NCBI GenBank assembly: GCA_029262815.1
Contig: JAJCYS010000029.1
Span: 9,837 to 73,836 of the forward strand
Length of the DNA: 64,000 nt
Reading direction: 5' to 3'
Origin: Deltaproteobacteria bacterium
GTDB taxonomy: Bacteria > Bdellovibrionota > JAJCYS01
Below, piece after piece: positions 1 to 9,256 of this stretch (positions within the stretch are counted from its first letter, which is position 1; the number at the start of each line of letters is the position of its first letter). The position numbers were made by a program, and so were the translations under genes. The notes beneath the pieces are model-generated. The model did not search any database and was not told where the DNA came from. It saw nothing but the letters and a program-made list of their open reading frames with translations.

Positions 1-826
1 GGATGCCATCTACGGTGCTTTCTAAAAACTGTTCCCAATCCGTTTTTTCCCCTTTTAGATATTTTTTAGAATTTACGAATTTATTAAAGAACTTTACTTG
101 TTCAATTTCAAACGCTTCAATTGAATCGTATAATTTTGCATTGTTTATGCTTTTATAGTGTTGATTCAAAATGAGCATGAGTGGTTTGAGGTCTCTCTCA
201 TCAGCTAATGTATAAAGAACTGCTAAGGGTAGGGCTCTTAAATCTTGAATGAAATGACCATAATGAGCAAACGCTGTATGATGTTTCCAAATGCTTGGAT
301 TTGATTTAAGGAGTGTGAAACAAATTTCTTTGAATTTAGGATGTTCTTTCTGGATCAATGGGGCAATGGATGCCGAAGACGCTCTGAGATTCTCCATCTT
401 TTTGGCAATCAACTCGCTATACTGAAAAGGATGAAATCCATTTCGAGCAATAAAAATAATTTCTCCATCTTTTTGCCATGCAATTTCGGGGTAGCTTACG
501 ACGGTATAGTAGAGCTTATGGGCTTCAGCTATATATAAACCCAGCGCAAGGCATAGCTTCTCAAGCTGGTCATCAGTTAATGTCTGTTCAGACTCAGAGT
601 AACGAGATAGCTGTCCCAGATGTGAAATGAGCGTATCTAAGTGGTTGGGTAGGTTTGCCATGAGCTTGTTGTATTCATCACGGGACATTTTTTTTACCTT
701 CGTTGTTCCCATGACACCTTTTGCCAAATATGAAATGATTTGATCGTAGTCTGGTGTCTCCGAATAAGCTACAACAGGAAGGCAAAGCATTAATAGCAGG
801 CTTACTAATTGTTTAGTAAATTTCAT
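1..826 (-). CDS. Hypothetical secreted protein, 3' end cut by the window edge. The N-terminus MKFTKQLVSLLLMLCLPVVAYS looks like a signal peptide.
   Basis: Reverse-strand reading frame runs open from an ATG at 824-826 to the window edge. It is absent from the ORF track only because it has no stop inside the window. Hydrophobic N-terminus. No recognisable family. Confidence 0.5.
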   Translation of the reverse strand, partial: MKFTKQLVSLLLMLCLPVVAYSETPDYDQIISYLAKGVMGTTKVKKMSRDEYNKLMANLPNHLDTLISHLGQLSRYSESEQTLTDDQLEKLCLALGLYIAEAHKLYYTVVSYPEIAWQKDGEIIFIARNGFHPFQYSELIAKKMENLRASSASIAPLIQKEHPKFKEICFTLLKSNPSIWKHHTAFAHYGHFIQDLRALPLAVLYTLADERDLKPLMLILNQHYKSINNAKLYDSIEAFEIEQVKFFNKFVNSKKYLKGEKTDWEQFLESTVDGI

Positions 827-839
827 CGCAAGGGGTCCT

Positions 840-1889
840 TTATTTTTTTTCAATAATCAGTAACATATCAGTACTAGCCAAAGAAGGAAAAACTATAATA
901 GGCTTTTTCTTTTTATATTGGGCTAATATTTCTTGCTCCATAATTTTTGCGGGGATTCCATCTGTGATCTTAGGTATATAGAACTTGCCGTCTTTGAACT
1001 GTTGGTTTCCTTTTGTTTCTTCTTTGATTTTGAATACATCATTTCTCGTAATAAGAACAAAACTATGATAATAAATGTAAACGGTAATATTGTGTTTGGC
1101 CTCAAGATCTTTTAGAGAGTCTTCGGTGATTTTGATCTCAGAATAAAAATCAGTAAATCGAATTTGCCCACTTTTTTTAGTTACTCGGATCGCCTCAGAG
1201 ATAGCTTTCATCTGTTCTGCTTCAGTGGCAAAGCATCCTAATAGTCTGTGCGCATATACGTAATGAAACGAATTATCTTTGATACCGTTTTTGTGAATAA
1301 AGGCGAACTTCTTTTTAGCTTTAATACTCTTTTTCAAATCAAGTGCATTGCCTGAGATTAAGTTGGCATTAAACCGTGAATCGGATCTATAATTTTTCAT
1401 CAACTCTTTTTCTCTTAAGCTGGGGGAAAGTGTCTCGATTGGAAAGTTTAATGCGTACCACAAGTCTAACCCAATAACGTGTATACCTCGTGAAAGTAAA
1501 TATGGAACAAACCCGCTGAATCCTTCTCCTAAGCTTAAGACTTGACGATCTTTTAGGGATTCGAATTTGGTCTCCAAGAAATGTGCTGTGAATTTTTTCG
1601 AGAAATTTTCATCAGTTTTTTTAAAACTAGGACTAATGTAAGTTGATACAAGCGTATCGGTCAGACCTTTAAAGCTTTCATTTTTCTGCTTATCAAATAG
1701 CCCTTCGAGCCCCAGGCTATAGAGTACATAAGCTGTAGGAAAAGTTGTTTCTCCCGTGAAATAGCTGTTTCCTCTTTTGGCAAGTGCAGAAAATTGTTGT
1801 TGTAGAGTATCCTGATTTTGTTTTTCGTCAGCTAAGGCTGGGCCTGTGGCGAATAGAATGGCAGAAATGAGTACGATAAACTTTTTCAT
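840..1889 (-). CDS. Secreted hypothetical protein with a possible class I SAM-methyltransferase-like core.
   Basis: Signal peptide MKKFIVLISAILFATGPALA. The stretch VLSLGEGFSGFVPYLLSRGIHVIGLDL resembles Rossmann motif I (GxGxG...acidic residue). Motif-level resemblance only. Confidence 0.5.
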   Translation of the reverse strand: MKKFIVLISAILFATGPALADEKQNQDTLQQQFSALAKRGNSYFTGETTFPTAYVLYSLGLEGLFDKQKNESFKGLTDTLVSTYISPSFKKTDENFSKKFTAHFLETKFESLKDRQVLSLGEGFSGFVPYLLSRGIHVIGLDLWYALNFPIETLSPSLREKELMKNYRSDSRFNANLISGNALDLKKSIKAKKKFAFIHKNGIKDNSFHYVYAHRLLGCFATEAEQMKAISEAIRVTKKSGQIRFTDFYSEIKITEDSLKDLEAKHNITVYIYYHSFVLITRNDVFKIKEETKGNQQFKDGKFYIPKITDGIPAKIMEQEILAQYKKKKPIIVFPSLASTDMLLIIEKK

Positions 1890-1999
1890 AGTGACCTCTC
1901 CAATTTAGATTAGAACTACACTCTAGCGAGTTTTGGTCGTCATGCAAGAAAAAAAAGGTGGATCCCTGCCTTCGCTGGGATGACAGTGGGAGAGAAAAA

Positions 2000-3505
2000 T
2001 TATTTAAATATCCCTTTGATGCCCTTAAAAACGTTTTCGACTCCTTTACCCACGCCTTTACCTGTTTGCTCGATAATGCCCACGGGTGTCAGGGTTCGTT
2101 TGAGGATTTTAGCTTTCGCTTTTTGATAAATAGCGTCAGTCTCGACTGTGTATATCGGTTTATCTAGTGACCCATGAATATGAATTGGGACCACAAGATC
2201 ACCATTTTTATCCCCTATGAGCTCTAAAATAGGTTCAGCTGGTTTTTGTTTGATGCCATAAATAGTGAGCTCTAGGTTTATGTCGAGTATTTTAGTCACT
2301 AAGTAGATTTTCCCTTGTCCACTGATTTCTGATTCTTCATTCGTGAGTTTGATGTTGTTGAGTATTATTTCACCACCTTGTGCTAAGTAATTCGCTTGAC
2401 CTTGGCTTTTGAGGGTGAGTAAATTGGGTGCTTTTAATAATGCCGTTTTTTGATGCGTCAAACTCAAATGAGGCTTGATTTTCTCATTCGTGTTATGGAT
2501 AGCAGCATCTAATTTGTTTTGAAGGTGTTTCTTTTTGAGAAGGGCGTCTTTAAATTCAACTTTCCCTTTTCCAAATATGGATGTCAGGATCGGGTTATAT
2601 GACTTATTCAGTATTTGACTAAAGTTGTTCGTAACCAAATGAATAGATCCCCCCAATGTGTCTTTATGGACCGGACTGAACACTGTGATTAGCGTGTTGA
2701 TTTCGGGGTGGTCATATCGCAAGGAGTTGCTTTCGTTCTTGCCAGTTTTAAAGTCATGAATATTTGTAGGGATAGTGAGACTGCCTCCGTATATAGATAT
2801 GATGAGCCCTTCAGTAGTCATTCGATCTGGCGTTGCCAGTGCAGAGCTTAGTGCAATCTGAATGGGCAAGGGTTTTGTCTGTTTGGGCATGATAGAAGGG
2901 GATGAAAAACGGCTATTCACTTTTTTGAGCTGCACTGAGAAAGATTCAAATGATTTGAAGGCTAACAGTGCTTCGAACTTCAGGTTGACTTGATCGAGTG
3001 AAAGTATTGAATCACCTTGATATAGCAATTGCGTTGCCCGGCCTTTAAATTGAATTTTACTGTCTTTGATATCTAAAACGGATTTGGAATATTGGAAAAC
3101 ATCTGAAACAGTCAATGTAATATTAGCTTGTATTAATTTCAATTTAGGGTGATCGATATTCAGGTGAGTAGCGATCACGGTTGTACGCATTGAAAAATGT
3201 ATGACCGATTCCCACAAATTGATATACATTTGAACAGTTTGGGCGTCACCGGAGACTTTAATGTTCGGTGCGTTAAACTTGGGTTCAGTTAGGGTTATTT
3301 TTGATGGGAACCCCCAATCAAATTCGATGTTTTTGTAGGTTAGCTCAATGCCAGATTGTTTGGCGGTTTGAGTTAACCAATTACCCAGCTTTTCTTTCGG
3401 AAAGAAAAAATAAAGAAAAACGGAACATATAAGGAGTATGGCGAGTATAAGGCCAGAACCCATGCCTAGAACTTTAAAAAATCGCTTCATATTCTGCTCC
3501 ATCAT
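2000..3505 (-). CDS. AsmA-family outer-membrane assembly protein.
   Basis: N-terminal transmembrane anchor (GLILAILLICSVFLYFFF). The C-terminal VPIHIHGSLDKPIYTV resembles the conserved AsmA C-terminal motif. Same strand and near-contiguous with the two downstream genes. Confidence 0.55.
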   Translation of the reverse strand: MMEQNMKRFFKVLGMGSGLILAILLICSVFLYFFFPKEKLGNWLTQTAKQSGIELTYKNIEFDWGFPSKITLTEPKFNAPNIKVSGDAQTVQMYINLWESVIHFSMRTTVIATHLNIDHPKLKLIQANITLTVSDVFQYSKSVLDIKDSKIQFKGRATQLLYQGDSILSLDQVNLKFEALLAFKSFESFSVQLKKVNSRFSSPSIMPKQTKPLPIQIALSSALATPDRMTTEGLIISIYGGSLTIPTNIHDFKTGKNESNSLRYDHPEINTLITVFSPVHKDTLGGSIHLVTNNFSQILNKSYNPILTSIFGKGKVEFKDALLKKKHLQNKLDAAIHNTNEKIKPHLSLTHQKTALLKAPNLLTLKSQGQANYLAQGGEIILNNIKLTNEESEISGQGKIYLVTKILDINLELTIYGIKQKPAEPILELIGDKNGDLVVPIHIHGSLDKPIYTVETDAIYQKAKAKILKRTLTPVGIIEQTGKGVGKGVENVFKGIKGIFK

Positions 3506-3604
3506 GCCGATACCCAGTGATAGTCCTGAGTATGCTTAGGACTTTGAGGAATTTGTCAATTCCCGATAGTGTCCAACACTTGGCGGGTTTTATGAAGAGA
3601 AATT

Positions 3605-4288
3605 ATGAGTGATGTAGCAATTACAGCCGATCCGCCCAAAAAGAAAGGATTTTTTCGGAGACTTTTGAAATGGTGTTTTTGGCTTTTTATTCTATTTATA
3701 CTGCTTATAGCCATAGTAGCAGCCTTGATTTTTCGTGTGCCCCATAAGTTGGGATTAATTCCCAATGTAGCAAAAAAACATATGGTTTTGACGCCAGATC
3801 GTGAGGGGGCCAGGAGAATTCTCAAAGCAGCGATTAAAAGAGGCATGCCCGCAAAAGGGGTGAATCTATATGTCATACCTTATAAAAAAGGCGATGCCAG
3901 CATCATTCTACTGCATTTGGATGCAAGTGAAGGATTCAAATTTAACGCTAAAAAAAGCAAACGTGGACCCATTGGGGACACCTTCGTTCAAGTAGCGAGC
4001 GGTTCAGAGGTGCAGGGACTCGGTATTGAACGTGTGTCGATGGTGTACTTTTCGAAGTATGGCAAAGATTTAATGACTATGAGTGCATCGCGGTCTGATA
4101 TTTTGCAGTATGCCAATGGAAAATTGACAAAGAAAACGTTCATGGAAAAAGTTGATGGGGATATTAATCTACCTGCGATGATTGATGAACAGATCCAGAC
4201 ACTCAAAAAATATTCAAAAACAAAAGATGAAACGCTTAATAAATTATCTACCAAAGAGAGAAAAGCATTAAAGGGGTTATTGAAATGA
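3605..4288 (+). CDS. Hypothetical membrane-anchored protein.
   Basis: ORF with one N-terminal transmembrane helix (WCFWLFILFILLIAIVAALIF). The next gene starts inside its stop in an ATGA overlap. Confidence 0.5.
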   Translation: MSDVAITADPPKKKGFFRRLLKWCFWLFILFILLIAIVAALIFRVPHKLGLIPNVAKKHMVLTPDREGARRILKAAIKRGMPAKGVNLYVIPYKKGDASIILLHLDASEGFKFNAKKSKRGPIGDTFVQVASGSEVQGLGIERVSMVYFSKYGKDLMTMSASRSDILQYANGKLTKKTFMEKVDGDINLPAMIDEQIQTLKKYSKTKDETLNKLSTKERKALKGLLK

Positions 4289-4983
4289 AAAAACTCCGAT
4301 TGTTTAGTTTGATTTTACCTTTCGTATTCGTTTTGACTGCTTGTGATAAAGAAGATACGGATTTTGTCATGGACTTTGCCAACGATTGGATGATTGAGAA
4401 AGGCATGATGTATAAGGATAAAAAAACGGGCGAAGTCAAACCGACAATTAAAGCTGGCTTGGTGGCCACGGGTTGGGCTACATCAGGGGATCCAAAAGTG
4501 GACGCCGCGCTGCAAGCAGGGTATGTGATTAAAGGGGTGAAAGAATCCGATGAGCTAGTTGATAAGGCCCAGGAAGATATGGCTAAAAAACCACCTGACA
4601 GTAGTAAAGCGCTTGAAAAATTGGACAAAGCTGTGAGCAATCGACCGAACGACTGGTATTACAAGAACAGTCGTGGAACCACCTATCTCCAAATGGGAAA
4701 TGTTACTGCAGCTGAAAGTGATTTTAAAGCGGGTGAGGACAATTGCCAAGGTAACAGTCGGTGTCTACTTGCGCTTTATAGAGATCGTACTTCTCAGCTA
4801 ACGGATTTGAAGGATCAGCAAACGGCTAACAATCAAAATGCAGCCGACTGTTCAACCTACACACATTTGCTTGCAAGCAAACGTAAATTGCGCGGTATGA
4901 CTACAGGTTCAATCCAGAAAGCTCACACAGCCGAGATTAGACAACTCATGAGTAATCAAGCAAGTTGCAAAAAAGGCAAATAA
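4285..4983 (+). CDS. Hypothetical lipoprotein.
   Basis: Lipobox LTAC after a signal peptide (MKKLRLFSLILPFVFVLTACDKE). Translationally coupled to the upstream ORF. Confidence 0.55.
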   Translation: MKKLRLFSLILPFVFVLTACDKEDTDFVMDFANDWMIEKGMMYKDKKTGEVKPTIKAGLVATGWATSGDPKVDAALQAGYVIKGVKESDELVDKAQEDMAKKPPDSSKALEKLDKAVSNRPNDWYYKNSRGTTYLQMGNVTAAESDFKAGEDNCQGNSRCLLALYRDRTSQLTDLKDQQTANNQNAADCSTYTHLLASKRKLRGMTTGSIQKAHTAEIRQLMSNQASCKKGK

Positions 4984-5021
4984 GTCGTTTGTACTTTATA
5001 AAAATACCGAAATAGGGGATA

Positions 5022-7220
5022 GTGTTTCGGATGATACTTAATACACACAAATCGGGAAACATTTTTTTATTAATAACTTTATGCTTAGTTCTCAGTTCAT
5101 GTAATAAAGGGGCTGATACAAATCCCAAATCTTCTGAAATTAAAAATAATCAGAATAAAAACGATTCTATTCAACAAAAACTAAAACTTGTGTTACCCGA
5201 AGAGGGATTTGGATTCACTGATGAAAGAGCAATCAACGCTTATGATCAGTTCAAAGGTAAGGATTTCTTTTCACTTACTAAAAAAGAAAGGCATAAATTA
5301 CTTTTGGCTATTTTTGAATCATCCAGTGAGTATTGGTCAAGGAACAATGAAGCAATTTTAAATTTCGCAAAGTTTATAGTGACACTCGGTAGAGATATGG
5401 CTAAGTCTGAATCCAAGTTGGATGTTGAAAAAATAAAAATAATTGAGCCAGAGAGAGAAGAATCTCTACATCATTTGATTGGGACAGGATTTTATCAGAA
5501 TCGTCCCAAATTAGATGTATTAGCAATAGCACATTTAGCTTCAGTGCTTGTACAAGTCAAGAATCCTAAATTTATACTAAGAATTGCAAAAGAAGCAGCC
5601 AAACATACAAATGTGCTTAATGTGGCAACTGCCAGGACTTTGAGTAGTGCAATTTACGATGCCAAAAAAAATATAGAATTCGGAAAAAGTAACCTAGAAA
5701 AACTAACTAGATATCAAAAAACAATTTCTGATCCAACGCCTCTTGAATTATATTCTCACAAGGATTGGTTTGGTCTTGAAGAAAAATATGGGAATATAAA
5801 ATCCGCTAAAAATGAAGAAGAAGTGCTTAAACATTGGTCTATATTGATGCAAACGTACAAAAACTCTGACACCGAACCAATGCAAAAATTAGCTATTAGA
5901 TCGTTCGTCCGGTTTATTAATAACGATCTAGGTACTGCTTTAGTTAACCATAAATTCAGAATTTTAGATTCGCAAAAGGAATTGTGGAATGACGTAAAAA
6001 GCAAAATATTGAAATTAGAGGCGACTGTAGAAATTATTAAAGAAATTGAAAAACCAATTCCACCCCACAAAGACATGGTGATTTCTGAAAAACCCAAAAT
6101 TATTCTAGAGCCAGAGCATAAGGTAGTGGCTTTGACTGTGGCTACGGTGTTCGGCGAATCACCTCAGTATTATGACTCTGCTGATACAGGGAATTCCTTT
6201 GGGACATTACCGCTTGGAACGATAGCTCACGTTTTTGAGAATAAAAACAACCATTATTTGATGGCATATACTAATACAAAATTCGATATTGATTGGGATA
6301 CTGGAAAATATGTGACTACCTATACGCCAAGAAACTGGTTGGGTTGGGTACCTGTAGACGCGTTATTGGTTCGAGAAACGCCGCTTATGCTCGAGATGTT
6401 AAAAACAGATACCTCCGATTTGGGTAAACAAATAAATAAAATTATAGCAGTCAATAAGGTGTATCAAAAATTGCCTGTGCGTGTTCTTTCCGCTTCGTCA
6501 GAAGAAGTTGCCGTTTTTTCTTCACCAGGTATTAAAATGAAAGGGAAGACGATTCATCTACTTTTGCCAAATCAAATTTATTTTGTGTACAAAGCTGTCG
6601 AAAAAGAAGGGCAATGGTATTTCTTATTGGGTCACACTGCCAGTCTTAAGAAGAGAGATCAAAGAGGAGATGCTCGGGGATTAAAAACAAATCTCTTAGG
6701 GTGGGTAAAATCCGATCAAATTTCGTTGTATTCAGAAATGGATGTGGATAAGGTTTATGTATCTGCCAGTGAATTAAAATATATTATAAGTCTGTACAGT
6801 GCAATTAAAAATACCGTCGATTTATCGAAATTAGGTAAGGAGGGTTGGCAGGTTACTCTATTGGGTAAAATTACAAAAAAGTTTTTTATTAACACAGCAA
6901 AATATGATCATGAAAAGGTCACAAAAATACTTATGAAGTTAGAATCATTAAAAGAGGTTGTGGATTACCTTATTGAAAATCAGGTGATCACATTTGTACC
7001 GCCATTAAATGCAAAAATATTTGAATCTCCTTTTGAAAGCCAAAAGGACGATATTGATCAGATTAATATAGGTTTGAAAGAAGTAAATGAAGCGATAGAA
7101 AAATTCGAAACGATCTATCGGAATGAAGAAAAAGCTGTTGTAAAATCAAAGACTCGAAGGTCTCATACGTTTGAGCATTTGTACCGTATCTACTGGATTG
7201 ACAAAAAATTATTTCCATAA
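5022..7220 (+). CDS. Large hypothetical lipoprotein (732 aa).
   Basis: Signal peptide with lipobox LSSC. Long uninterrupted ORF. No recognisable catalytic motif. Confidence 0.6.
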   Translation: MFRMILNTHKSGNIFLLITLCLVLSSCNKGADTNPKSSEIKNNQNKNDSIQQKLKLVLPEEGFGFTDERAINAYDQFKGKDFFSLTKKERHKLLLAIFESSSEYWSRNNEAILNFAKFIVTLGRDMAKSESKLDVEKIKIIEPEREESLHHLIGTGFYQNRPKLDVLAIAHLASVLVQVKNPKFILRIAKEAAKHTNVLNVATARTLSSAIYDAKKNIEFGKSNLEKLTRYQKTISDPTPLELYSHKDWFGLEEKYGNIKSAKNEEEVLKHWSILMQTYKNSDTEPMQKLAIRSFVRFINNDLGTALVNHKFRILDSQKELWNDVKSKILKLEATVEIIKEIEKPIPPHKDMVISEKPKIILEPEHKVVALTVATVFGESPQYYDSADTGNSFGTLPLGTIAHVFENKNNHYLMAYTNTKFDIDWDTGKYVTTYTPRNWLGWVPVDALLVRETPLMLEMLKTDTSDLGKQINKIIAVNKVYQKLPVRVLSASSEEVAVFSSPGIKMKGKTIHLLLPNQIYFVYKAVEKEGQWYFLLGHTASLKKRDQRGDARGLKTNLLGWVKSDQISLYSEMDVDKVYVSASELKYIISLYSAIKNTVDLSKLGKEGWQVTLLGKITKKFFINTAKYDHEKVTKILMKLESLKEVVDYLIENQVITFVPPLNAKIFESPFESQKDDIDQINIGLKEVNEAIEKFETIYRNEEKAVVKSKTRRSHTFEHLYRIYWIDKKLFP

Positions 7221-7233
7221 AAAAGAAGATGCA

Positions 7234-7308
7234 GGAGTTCTTAGGGTCTCAGAGCACTTTTTGGCACTTAAGAAGGTGCCAAAAAGTGCTCTGAGACCCT
7301 AAGAACTC
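7234..7308. terminator. Perfect ~33-bp inverted repeat between convergent genes. It could be a bidirectional terminator or a palindromic element.
   Basis: The arm gagttcttagggtctcagagcactttttggcac is followed by loop ttaagaag and then gtgccaaaaagtgctctgagaccctaagaactc. These are perfect complements. The repeat sits between the 3' ends of the 5022..7220 (+) and 7320..9104 (-) genes. Confidence 0.6.
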
Positions 7309-7319
7309 CCAAAACAACT

Positions 7320-9104
7320 TTAGGGTAAATTCTTAACCATTCTCCTAAAATTTTCCAACACAATTCCCTGAAAGGTTGGCCAGGTGGTGTCAGAAAAATC
7401 ATTAAACGTTTTTTCAAAATCTTCATACCCCAAAAAAATGCCTTTATCTTTGAAAGCGTTCAACCCTAGAACACGATCAAAAACGATTTCTGGAACCACA
7501 GATTGAAACTCTACTTCGGTTCGCGGTAACCGATTGTGCATGCTATAAAATCGTTGAACAGCTACTAAAGTGAAATATTTTAGTTTTGTGTGGTGTCCAT
7601 CTCCAGGGCTGTATTTTATTTTTTTATTATTGAGAGGGATGGTATGAAACAAGCTTAATATTTTTGATTTTATTTTGCTGTTATTTTTCTTTTTTAAATT
7701 ACATACATATAATTCATGAAGCAGTGTTTTGCCTTCATAAAAATTCATTTCGTTAAAGAAAGAATTTTCAGACAATAATACATCTGATAGCAGCAATACG
7801 TCACGCATGCCTAAAGCACTTGCATAATCCGACAACGTTTTACTCAAAACAGTTTCATCTATATGCTCAATTGTTTTATGTTCATGAGATACAAAGACTA
7901 ATTCCTTTTTTACTTCTTTGATAAATTTATCCATTACGAGATTCTGCAATGACCCTTTTGATGAACGGAGTCTGAGTTGAGCAAGTCGAAACAAGCGTTT
8001 CCGGCCACTAGCCTTTGATAGATCAAGCTCACTGTCTGGAAAATGGTTACTCTGGTATGCCACTAAGACGTGTTTTGGTAACTCTAAAAATCGATTTTCA
8101 AAGCGTTTACTCTCTATATAATTAAAAAGTTTGACCAGGTTGCTGTCAACCATGACTTCAGGATATAAAAAAGTACCTTGGGTCAATATAAGGTTGTGAT
8201 CAATTTGTAGTGTAACGATACCTGCGTCAGCAACAATCTCACTTGCTTTTAAATGTGCGAGTAGGACCAACTTCATATCTGAAGTGATCTCCTTTGGATC
8301 GATATTTAGGCGAGTTAATAACGCATCATACGTTCTGACATGGTTGCCATAAAACGCATAACGCTTATTTATCTCAAAAGCAGGGTTATTCATAACGTCT
8401 GGATATGTTCCTTCAATGTGAGTTGTGTGAGGTACAAAGCGAGAAACCAGAATGGGTAAACTCATGAGATGTGAATGAATATCTGTTTCCGAGACAGGTA
8501 GACTGTGCTTATCATTTAATAAGCTATGTAATGAAGGATAGCTAATACCCCCTAAATTAGCCTTGTAGTCATTGAGGCGATAGGTTGGCAATCTTGTGTT
8601 AGGCCAATGTGAGGGCGTGATTGTATTCAAGATAGGCACGACATATTCTGGAAAAAGAAGAGAAGCCATGTGCTGGATATGTAGATTAAATTGCGTGTGC
8701 ATAGCTGGGTATGGTCTACCCGAAGTAATCAAAAAATCTGTACTTTGTATGAGCCAACTCACGTTGTAAATATCATCAATGAATGTATCCACATTCATGT
8801 GAAACCCACTAACTGCTAGAAATACGCCGAACTGGTTGTCCCGATAGTGAAATTTTACAACCAAGTCACCATAGGTTTTATGAGGTAAGTGATACAGAAT
8901 TCCCTCATGCCCAATGGAGACGATTTTCATTTTAGTGTTCTCACGTAGTGATGTGCTTACAAGGGTGTGCAACTGCTCTTGATTCAAGGAGGGGATACAT
9001 GCAAAAACACTCTGTAAAATCCCAAATAGGGCAACTATAAAAGGGAATGAAAGTTTCAACCACATGAACTGAGCATATCTATCAAACGGGGCGTTTAAAC
9101 ACAA
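7320..9104 (-). CDS. Hypothetical protein, probably a lipoprotein or secreted protein. The true start may be the internal Met at about 9065.
   Basis: Long ORF. The internal MWLKLSFPFIVALFGILQSVFAC reads as a signal peptide plus lipobox Cys. Confidence 0.5.
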   Translation of the reverse strand: MCLNAPFDRYAQFMWLKLSFPFIVALFGILQSVFACIPSLNQEQLHTLVSTSLRENTKMKIVSIGHEGILYHLPHKTYGDLVVKFHYRDNQFGVFLAVSGFHMNVDTFIDDIYNVSWLIQSTDFLITSGRPYPAMHTQFNLHIQHMASLLFPEYVVPILNTITPSHWPNTRLPTYRLNDYKANLGGISYPSLHSLLNDKHSLPVSETDIHSHLMSLPILVSRFVPHTTHIEGTYPDVMNNPAFEINKRYAFYGNHVRTYDALLTRLNIDPKEITSDMKLVLLAHLKASEIVADAGIVTLQIDHNLILTQGTFLYPEVMVDSNLVKLFNYIESKRFENRFLELPKHVLVAYQSNHFPDSELDLSKASGRKRLFRLAQLRLRSSKGSLQNLVMDKFIKEVKKELVFVSHEHKTIEHIDETVLSKTLSDYASALGMRDVLLLSDVLLSENSFFNEMNFYEGKTLLHELYVCNLKKKNNSKIKSKILSLFHTIPLNNKKIKYSPGDGHHTKLKYFTLVAVQRFYSMHNRLPRTEVEFQSVVPEIVFDRVLGLNAFKDKGIFLGYEDFEKTFNDFSDTTWPTFQGIVLENFRRMVKNLP

Positions 9105-9201
9105 GGTGTGTTATCGGTGGGCGCGTGACCATACCTACCTGAAAATCGTATAACTATTTAAAAATATTGATGAAAAGTTCCAAAACCACGCTTTTGTAAA
9201 A

Positions 9202-9210
9202 TGCTATAAT
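9202..9210 (+). promoter_or_regulatory. Extended -10 element (TGcTATAAT) upstream of the giant gene.
   Basis: The sequence tgctataat lies about 45 nt upstream of the ATG. A strong Shine-Dalgarno (aagggggat) sits immediately before the start at 9257. Confidence 0.4.
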
Positions 9211-9256
9211 CCTTAAGTAAAAGCGGTGAACAAGACCACAATCATCAAGGGGGATT

